NCBI GenBank assembly: GCA_964452895.1
Contig: CAYVRY010000001.1
Location: forward strand, 525 to 64,524
Direction of reading: 5' to 3'
DNA: 64,000 nt
Source of the DNA: an uncultured Halobacteriales archaeon
GTDB lineage: Archaea > Thermoplasmatota > E2 > JACPAO01 > JAHWKR01
The translations under genes and the position numbers were made by a program. Shown here piece by piece: positions 57,648-64,000 of the stretch (position 1 is its first letter; each line of letters begins with the position of its first letter). The notes under the pieces were generated by a model. That model had not been told where the DNA came from. It did not search any database and saw nothing but the letters and a program-made list of their open reading frames with translations.

Positions 57648-57898
57648 CCCTCGCGGTCCAGTGCAGATTGTTTCATCCGCCGGATGTCCGCTTCCTGCAT
57701 CTTCAGGCGGATCTGCTCTTGTTGATCTTTGGACCAGGCAGGTTCTGGAGGATGTCGGAAGAAAGCCAGGGGGTCCTTCTCTTTGCGGTTGGTCTCGCGC
57801 ACGAGGCGGAGCACGACGTCGCTGTCGCTCTCCCCCTCGCGCTTCTGGGAGCGCAGGGCACGAAACGCCTGGTCACTGAGCGAAGTGGAGCGAGCCAT
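57644..57898 (-). CDS. vapB: VapB antitoxin (COG1753/DUF217-like)
   Basis: T.LSD.A...L...KREGES.SDVV.RL pattern; directly upstream of the PIN gene. Confidence 0.8.
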   Translation of the reverse strand: MARSTSLSDQAFRALRSQKREGESDSDVVLRLVRETNRKEKDPLAFFRHPPEPAWSKDQQEQIRLKMQEADIRRMKQSALDREG

Positions 57899-57900
57899 GA

Positions 57901-57933
57901 CACATGCATGTGCACTTATCCTACGTATAATTA
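57901..57933 (-). promoter_or_regulatory. vapBC promoter with palindromic operator
   Basis: Perfect palindrome CACATGCATGTG (57901-57912) between the ATG and an AT-rich TAATTATA box (57933-57926). Confidence 0.6.
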
Positions 57934-57999
57934 TTGGCATTCACTGGAGGAAACAGACCCCCGCACCCCTCTTATATGCCCTCCCCTTCGGCGGCCCCG

Positions 58000-59262
58000 A
58001 TGACAGCAGCGGCGCCTTTTACGGTCCCGGAAGGCGGCAGACGGATCTCCATGGACGACGAGGGGCGCATGGACGTCCCGGACGACCCAATCATCCCGTT
58101 CATCGAGGGTGACGGGATCGGCCCGGACATCTGGGCGGCCTCGAAGCGGGTCCTGGATGCGGCCGTGGAAAAGGCGTACGGCGGCAAGCGCCGTCTGGCC
58201 TGGATGGAGGTCTTGGCGGGCGAGAAGGCGCTCGAGCAGACCAAGGAGTGGCTGCCGGAGCAGACGCTCGATGCGATCCGGGAGTACCGGGTGTCGATCA
58301 AGGGTCCGCTCACTACGCCGGTGGGGGAAGGGATCCGTTCATTGAACGTGGCGATCCGGCAGAAGTTGGACCTTTACGTGTGCCTGCGGCCCGTGAAATG
58401 GTATGAGGGCGTGCCGTCCCCGGTCAAGCATCCGGACCGCACGGACATGGTGGTTTTCCGCGAGAACTCGGAGGACATCTACGCGGGCATCGAGTGGAAG
58501 GCGAAGACGGACGACGCGAAGAAGGTGATCAAGTTCCTGCGCGAGGAGATGGGGGTCTTGACGATCCGGTTCCCGGAGACCAGCGGGATCGGTGTGAAGC
58601 CGGTGAGCGAGCAGGGCACGAAGCGTCTCGTGGAGGCGGCGTTGGATTACGCGGTCGAGCACGACCGCAGCAGTGTGACCTTGGTGCACAAGGGGAACAT
58701 CATGAAGTACACGGAGGGGGCTTTCAGGGATTGGGGGTATGAAGTGGCGCGCGAGCGCTACGGTGCTGAGCCGCTTGACGGCGGGCCGTGGCATGTTTTC
58801 AAGAACCCGAAGACGAAGAACGAGATCGTCGTCAAGGACGTGATCGCGGACGCGATGCTTCAGCAGATCCTCACGCGGCCCGGCGAGTACGACGTGATCG
58901 CCACCATGAACCTGAACGGGGATTACCTCTCCGACGCATTGGCGGCGTGTGTGGGCGGCATCGGGATCGCCCCCGGCGGGAACATCAACCACCGCACGGG
59001 GCACGCGGTCTTCGAGGCCACGCACGGGACGGCGCCGAAATACACCGGCCAGGACAAGGTGAACCCGGGTTCCATGATCCTCTCCGGCGTGATGATGCTC
59101 CGGCATCTGGGCTGGAACGAGGCGGCGGACCTGATCGAGAAGGGGATGGCGAAGACGATCTCCCAGAAACGGGTGACCTACGACTTCGAGCGGTTGATGG
59201 AAGGAGCCACGCTCATGAAGACGAGCGAGTTCGGCGATGCGATCGTCGAGAACATGAAGTGA
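58000..59262 (+). CDS. icd: NADP-dependent isocitrate dehydrogenase (E. coli-type)
   Basis: [67 protein letters not shown] box 23 nt upstream. Confidence 0.96.
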   Translation: MTAAAPFTVPEGGRRISMDDEGRMDVPDDPIIPFIEGDGIGPDIWAASKRVLDAAVEKAYGGKRRLAWMEVLAGEKALEQTKEWLPEQTLDAIREYRVSIKGPLTTPVGEGIRSLNVAIRQKLDLYVCLRPVKWYEGVPSPVKHPDRTDMVVFRENSEDIYAGIEWKAKTDDAKKVIKFLREEMGVLTIRFPETSGIGVKPVSEQGTKRLVEAALDYAVEHDRSSVTLVHKGNIMKYTEGAFRDWGYEVARERYGAEPLDGGPWHVFKNPKTKNEIVVKDVIADAMLQQILTRPGEYDVIATMNLNGDYLSDALAACVGGIGIAPGGNINHRTGHAVFEATHGTAPKYTGQDKVNPGSMILSGVMMLRHLGWNEAADLIEKGMAKTISQKRVTYDFERLMEGATLMKTSEFGDAIVENMK

Positions 59263-59298
59263 AAGGGAAGGGACGGGAGGGCACGGCAGGCCCCCAGC

Positions 59299-60213
59299 TC
59301 AGCCGCCTTGACCGGTCTCGTTCTCACCTTGATCGCCGGATTGGTCACCGGTCTGGTTGCCGTCTTCAATGCCGGTCTCCTCTTCGCCTTCCGGAAGACC
59401 GCTCTCGTCGTCCGACTGGTCCTGGCGCGGGTCGTCCTCCACATCCTCGGTGACCTGGGCCTTGCCGATCACGGGGGTCATCCGCCAGCCATGCGGGTCG
59501 TGCGGGGGCCCTTGCGGGCGCACGCTGCGGTCCAGGTCGATGTCGATCACCACCTGGGTGGTGCTGTCCGCGTTCACGTCGAAGCTCTTGACCACTTTGA
59601 CGGGGCTGTTGACGACGGCGATCTCTTCGCGTTCCCCGTCGTCGGCGCGGATCCCCCATGCCTGGCTGATGTGAAGACGGATCTGCGTGTACTTGCCGGC
59701 TTGCAACTCCGCCTCGCCGAGGAACGCTTTGCTGTCGTTTTCGGAGAATGACATGAGGTCCAGATCGCGCGGGGTGTCCACGACGAGCGTCCAACCGCCC
59801 CGCGATCCGTCGCCATCCGCGGTCTCATTGTCCCCTTCATTCTCTGTCTCGTTGTCCCCGTGCGTCGCGGTCTCATTGTCTGCTTCAGCCTCTGTCTCGT
59901 TGTCCCCCTCGGTCGCGGTCTCGTTGTCCTCGAAGACGCTCTGGGTTTCGGTGGCGGTCTCGTTGTCCTCCGGGTCCGCTTCGTCGTCTCCGGTGCCGTT
60001 CACGCTGCCCGGTGCGATATGGACCTCCACTTGTTCAATGGAGACCCAGATCTCGGAGAAGTCGTCCGTTGCGGCGTCCTTGACGTACATGGTGACGGTG
60101 CCTGTCTCGGCGTCTTCGTCGTCCGACCGATCGGGATCCGCCATGCATCCTGCCAGGGATGTTGCGACGAACGCGAGAAGCACGAGTATCGTAAGGGAGC
60201 GAATTCGGTTCAT
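59299..60213 (-). CDS. DUF4382 domain lipoprotein with acidic repeat insert
   Basis: LAGC lipobox, YVKDA, LDLM, AGKYTQIRL, VIDIDLDRSV, MTPVI. Confidence 0.82.
   Translation of the reverse strand: MNRIRSLTILVLLAFVATSLAGCMADPDRSDDEDAETGTVTMYVKDAATDDFSEIWVSIEQVEVHIAPGSVNGTGDDEADPEDNETATETQSVFEDNETATEGDNETEAEADNETATHGDNETENEGDNETADGDGSRGGWTLVVDTPRDLDLMSFSENDSKAFLGEAELQAGKYTQIRLHISQAWGIRADDGEREEIAVVNSPVKVVKSFDVNADSTTQVVIDIDLDRSVRPQGPPHDPHGWRMTPVIGKAQVTEDVEDDPRQDQSDDESGLPEGEEETGIEDGNQTGDQSGDQGENETGQGG
59821..59967 (-). repeat. 24-bp coding tandem repeat encoding DNET units
   Basis: gtctc(g/a)ttgtc cores at 59822, 59846, 59870, 59894, 59918 (period 24) and 59957. Confidence 0.85.
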
Positions 60214-60310
60214 GGGTGAGCCTTCCAGGGGGGAATCGGCTCTTTGACCCTGACGTATTAAACATTAATGGGGCATTCGACGAAGACGACCTGCAGCAAG
60301 AAACGGGCTG

Positions 60311-60925
60311 TCAGAGGACGAGATGCACCAGGGCATCCTGAAGGTTGTCGCTGTAGGAAAACCGCATGTCGCGGACCCAGCCGTAGGCGGTCCAATCCCC
60401 CCAGGCGGTCGGCAACTGCCCCCATCCGGCCAGACGACATTCCCCGGTGCCCAGGTTCGCCGCTTCCAGCGTCGTGAAGTCGAGGATCGAGCGGGTCCCC
60501 GGAGAGCAACTGAAGATGAACATGCCGAAGGTTCCGGGCTCTTCGTTCAATCCGTCGGAGTAGCAGCCGCTGGGGCAGTCATGCACGGCGTACCGGAACC
60601 CCCAGCCGTGGCTTTCTTCTTCGCAGGGAGCCGTTGGTGTACCCGTCACGGCCCATCCCGACCCTTGGTCCGCGGTATCGCACCCCGCGTCATGGCCAAA
60701 AAGACCCTGCACGGGGAGCGAGGGCGGAGCCTCGGAAAAACGGGACAGTGGCACGTCCTGGATCGCGATCGGTTCCAGGCGGGACCAGTCGCCCTCGTCC
60801 AGACCCGGGCGATGGTCGAGCCCCATGGTCGTCGCCGCGCTGTCGTGATCATCGGTCTGCGAGACAGCGGGGGCTACACTCACCAAGAGGACCGCGACCG
60901 CCATGAGGGTCAATCTTCTGTTCAT
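60311..60925 (-). CDS. Hypothetical secreted protein with six cysteines
   Basis: Signal peptide MNRRLTLMAVAVLLVSVAPAVS; Cys/Trp/Gly-rich body. Confidence 0.65.
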   Translation of the reverse strand: MNRRLTLMAVAVLLVSVAPAVSQTDDHDSAATTMGLDHRPGLDEGDWSRLEPIAIQDVPLSRFSEAPPSLPVQGLFGHDAGCDTADQGSGWAVTGTPTAPCEEESHGWGFRYAVHDCPSGCYSDGLNEEPGTFGMFIFSCSPGTRSILDFTTLEAANLGTGECRLAGWGQLPTAWGDWTAYGWVRDMRFSYSDNLQDALVHLVL

Positions 60926-61019
60926 GCTGCACCACCTTGCACGGGCCGGGGTCTCCCATCGCCCCGTGCTTGATCCGGGAAACAACTCCAGGGTTGATAG
61001 GACTTCTGGGCGTTTTCGC

Positions 61020-61931
61020 CTAGGAGGCGGGGGTTTCGATCCCGCGCGCTTCCTCGATCTTGCCCTTGACGGCCTGCACGGTGGTCTTCAGTTTCGCCAG
61101 TTCCTCGTCGCTGAGCTCGGGGGTCTTGACCTCCTGCACGCCGCTTTTGCCCAGCACGGCGGGCAGGCCGATGCTCACGCCCTCGTGACCGTATTCACCG
61201 TCGAGCAGGACGCAGGTGGGGATCGTCTCCCGGGTGTCGTCGACAATCGCTTTCACCATGCGGGCGACACAGGCGCCCGGGGCCCAACTGGTGGCGCCCT
61301 TTCGTTCGATGATCTGCATGGCGCGCTCGCGCGTCGTCTTCTCGAGCTCGCTCCAGTCCACATCTTCGATGCCGGCGCCGCTGGACAGGCTCGGTACGGG
61401 GAACATGGTCTCCCCGTGTTCGCCCAGGATCACGCCGTCGGCGTCCTTGATGCCCTGATCCGTGAGGATGTCGGTGAGTCGAACGGAGTCATGCAGGCTT
61501 CCCATGCCGAACACGCGTTCGCGGGGCCACTGCAGGATGTCCTGGGCGGCGCTCAGGAGCACGTCGACGGGGTTCGTCACAAGCAGGAAGATCGCATCGG
61601 GGCAATGTTTTTTCGCTTTCGTGGCGACGTCGCGAAGGATGGAGAGGTTCTTCTCCAGCAGGTCGACGCGGGTCATTCCGGGTTTGCGGGGGAAGCCGGC
61701 GGAGACGACGAGCAGTTCGCAACCGGCCAGGTCGGCGAAGTCGTCGGTGCCATGGATCCGGGTGGTCCGGCCGAAGGCGACACCGCTTGTGGACAGGTCC
61801 ATGGCGTGGCCTTCGGCGGGGCCACGGGCGATGTCGTAGATGATCATCTCGTCGATCTGGGTGAGTGCCAGCGTGGCGAATGCCGAGGTGGAACCGATGG
61901 CGCCCGCTCCCACGAATCCAATGCGTTTCAT
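61020..61931 (-). CDS. mdh: Malate dehydrogenase (LDH-like)
   Basis: GAGAIG, AGFPRKPGMTR.DLL (Arg specificity residue), VTNPVD, DSVR, GEHG. Confidence 0.9.
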   Translation of the reverse strand: MKRIGFVGAGAIGSTSAFATLALTQIDEMIIYDIARGPAEGHAMDLSTSGVAFGRTTRIHGTDDFADLAGCELLVVSAGFPRKPGMTRVDLLEKNLSILRDVATKAKKHCPDAIFLLVTNPVDVLLSAAQDILQWPRERVFGMGSLHDSVRLTDILTDQGIKDADGVILGEHGETMFPVPSLSSGAGIEDVDWSELEKTTRERAMQIIERKGATSWAPGACVARMVKAIVDDTRETIPTCVLLDGEYGHEGVSIGLPAVLGKSGVQEVKTPELSDEELAKLKTTVQAVKGKIEEARGIETPAS

Positions 61932-62047
61932 GTGCACGGGGCGAACCGGGGCGTCCGCTTAAACCTCTTCGGTGGCAGCGGCCCGTCACGGTTCCCGACG
62001 GCGAAGGTGGGTCGATCCGACCCGCTTGACCTTCCAGCAGCCCGGGG

Positions 62048-62689
62048 TCATGCCAGCAGGTGGGCCTCGCCGTCGTCAGGGCGCTTCCAGAAGCGGGCGT
62101 AGACGAAGGGCTGCTCGTTGCCGCCCGGAGTCTTGTGGAGTTCCCGCGCCTCTTCGGCGAGTCGGAACCCGCTGCCGAGCTCGCGCGCCAGCGAAGCGCC
62201 GTCGTGCCGCATGACGGGGAGCCCGCTGCATTTCTCGGGTCCGTCCGGTGCGAAGGTGGCCATCACAACATGCCCTTTCGCCGCCAGATGGCTGCTCATG
62301 TTGCGGACGTAGGCGGCTCGGTCCTCGGGGTCCGTGAGGAAGTGGAACACGGCCCGGTCGTGCCACACGTCGAAGGGCCCTCCCAGGTCATCTGTGCGCA
62401 CGTCGGCCACGGTCCATTGCACCCGGCTCGCTTCGGCCCCGAGCCGGTCCCGGGCCCGGTCCAGGGCGTCGTCGGCGATGTCGACGACGCTCAAGGTGTC
62501 CCATCCCTGCTCGAGCAGGTGGTCCACCAGCCGGGAGGCCCCACCGCCCACGTCGACCACGTGCGCGGACGCGGGGACCCCGGTGGCCTGGATCATCCTG
62601 AGCGATGCTTTTGGAACGTGCTGGAACCAGCTGACATCCGTTTCGGTGCGTTCTTGCCATACGCGCTGCCAGTGGGACCGGTCCGGCAT
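62048..62689 (-). CDS. Class I SAM-dependent methyltransferase
   Basis: HW..VW...VSWFQ, VDVGGGAS.LVD, WHDRAVFHFLT, TFAPDGPEKCSGL. Confidence 0.88.
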   Translation of the reverse strand: MPDRSHWQRVWQERTETDVSWFQHVPKASLRMIQATGVPASAHVVDVGGGASRLVDHLLEQGWDTLSVVDIADDALDRARDRLGAEASRVQWTVADVRTDDLGGPFDVWHDRAVFHFLTDPEDRAAYVRNMSSHLAAKGHVVMATFAPDGPEKCSGLPVMRHDGASLARELGSGFRLAEEARELHKTPGGNEQPFVYARFWKRPDDGEAHLLA

Positions 62690-62847
62690 GTCGTCCACGA
62701 GGCATGATGAGGCGCCACCCTGATGAGCCATTCGACCGCTGCAAGAGAGGCCCCGGCTCGGCCCCGCGGAACCAGCCTGATAATGGTTGTCATAGGAAAG
62801 GGCCAGAAACTTCATAGCGCGGCAAGGGCCGGTTTTCCCGGAGCCTC

Positions 62848-64000
62848 TTGGTCTGGACCCGTCTCAGTGGCAGTACCCGCGCGGCACGACGGCGCCATCG
62901 CAGCGGGAGCCTTCTATGGATCACCATGGTCGTTGTCTCGGTCCTGTCGACCGGCACGCCGGTGGTCGCGGACGAGGTCTGGGACCCCCCCGACCCGGTG
63001 GACCCGGATGATTTCTTCCAGGGCGCCTTGTGGGACCTGGAGCTGGGCAACCTGGCAAAATCCGAACTGGCGGCGGCGTCGGGGTTCTCCCAGCTGCACG
63101 TTTCACCGTCCGGAGAGGTCTTGATCGCGGGCCTGAACAACGGGGGGATCTTGTTCCTGGAGACCGAGACGGGGGCGGTGATCACCACGGCGTTCACCAA
63201 GGACCACGGTGCGGTGCGTTCGATCTCTTCCGACCGTCAAGGCGAGCGGGCCGTGTTCGTGTATGATGACGGGTACGTCGCGGCGGTGGACGCGTCGCAG
63301 GAGGAACTGCTCATGTCGCGCTTCTCCGAGGCGGGGGCCGGGCGGTACACGGACCGGGTGGGGGCACAGATCAGCATGGACGGCCAGACCCTGGTGGTCA
63401 CGTCGGACCGGTTGCAGATCTATGATCTGGAACGAGAGAGCCACGGCCTGGTGTTTGCGCCGGGGCCGGAACTGGAGCCCGCTTTGGGCCCTCATCTTTT
63501 CCTGCATCCTCAGCTTCCCTATTTCGCGGCGCTGGACCGCGACGGCACCCTCGGGGTGTTCAACATGGAGTTGGAACCTCAACATCCGCTGGTCGATCTG
63601 GGTGATGAGGCCTCCCAGGTGGCCGCATTGGCGGTCTCCCATGACGGGAGCGCGTTCGCGCTCCTGCAAAGCGACGGCCGGTTGCTGCGTTACGCAGTGC
63701 GCCTTTCGGCCTCGGACCCGGAACTGGTGTTGACCTACGAATCACGGTTGCGATGCACGGTCCCCACCTGCGGGGACCCGTTCGGGGTCGCGTTGAACAC
63801 GAACGGCGACCGGGTCATGGCGTGGACGAACCAACAACTGATCTGGGCAGAGGGGGACAACCAGAACGTGCCGGAGGAGGAGGCGCAGAAGACAAACGAA
63901 GCGAACACGGTGAGCTTGGCGGTACCGGTGGACGGTTCGTGGTCGTTCGGTCAGATCGCCCCGGACCAGGAACTCTCCCGGGCGCTCATCACCCAGGCGG
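62848..64000 (+). CDS. Secreted WD40/beta-propeller-like protein (partial, runs off the window end)
   Basis: Not in the ORF track (no stop in the window); open frame from TTG 62848 (or ATG 62926) with repeated blade-like units (VSPSGE, ISMDGQ, VSHDGS, LNTNGD). Confidence 0.7.
   Translation, partial: MVWTRLSGSTRAARRRHRSGSLLWITMVVVSVLSTGTPVVADEVWDPPDPVDPDDFFQGALWDLELGNLAKSELAAASGFSQLHVSPSGEVLIAGLNNGGILFLETETGAVITTAFTKDHGAVRSISSDRQGERAVFVYDDGYVAAVDASQEELLMSRFSEAGAGRYTDRVGAQISMDGQTLVVTSDRLQIYDLERESHGLVFAPGPELEPALGPHLFLHPQLPYFAALDRDGTLGVFNMELEPQHPLVDLGDEASQVAALAVSHDGSAFALLQSDGRLLRYAVRLSASDPELVLTYESRLRCTVPTCGDPFGVALNTNGDRVMAWTNQQLIWAEGDNQNVPEEEAQKTNEANTVSLAVPVDGSWSFGQIAPDQELSRALITQA

Noticed and set aside
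59821..59967. Regularly spaced repeats as a possible CRISPR array
   Set aside because: Period is 24 bp with an 11-bp core, in frame within a CDS; no 30-40 bp spacers and no cas genes
1..64000. Recoding (Sec/Pyl readthrough, programmed frameshifts), inteins, tRNA introns, transposases
   Set aside because: Recognised genes appear full-length and uninterrupted, both tRNAs are 73 nt without introns, and no transposase or integrase motifs were seen by eye

Overview
GC-rich archaeal chromosome segment, most likely an uncultured Thermoplasmatota/Euryarchaeota lineage (inferred from archaeal-type aIF5B, tRNA-Gln with an A1:U72 pair, tRNA genes without encoded CCA, TATA boxes about 25 nt upstream of start codons, AlaX-M and a COG1753-type VapB). 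It holds about 55 CDS and two tRNA genes (Val-TAC, Gln-CTG). Core genes include cysS, infB/aIF5B, purA, rnhA, an FKBP/SlyD isomerase, AlaX, aconitase, icd and mdh. There are many peptidases, uptake systems and secreted or lipobox proteins. No CRISPR array, rRNA, integrase or transposase was recognised. Best candidates for an undescribed system: (1) a bacterial-style phosphorelay cluster (PAS histidine kinase, REC, Hpt-REC-REC-degenerate GGDEF-REC, HEAT protein, processive GT2 synthase) in an archaeon; (2) a tRNA-adjacent toxin-antitoxin pair whose antitoxin joins an MqsA-like Zn ribbon to an AbrB-like domain, with twin palindromic operators bracketing the TATA box; (3) a disordered K/A-rich, Zn-finger, RG-rich protein; (4) a MoxR-less DUF58 operon led by a Cys-rich secreted protein. 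All family calls come from motif reading by eye, not database searches, and start codons are best estimates.
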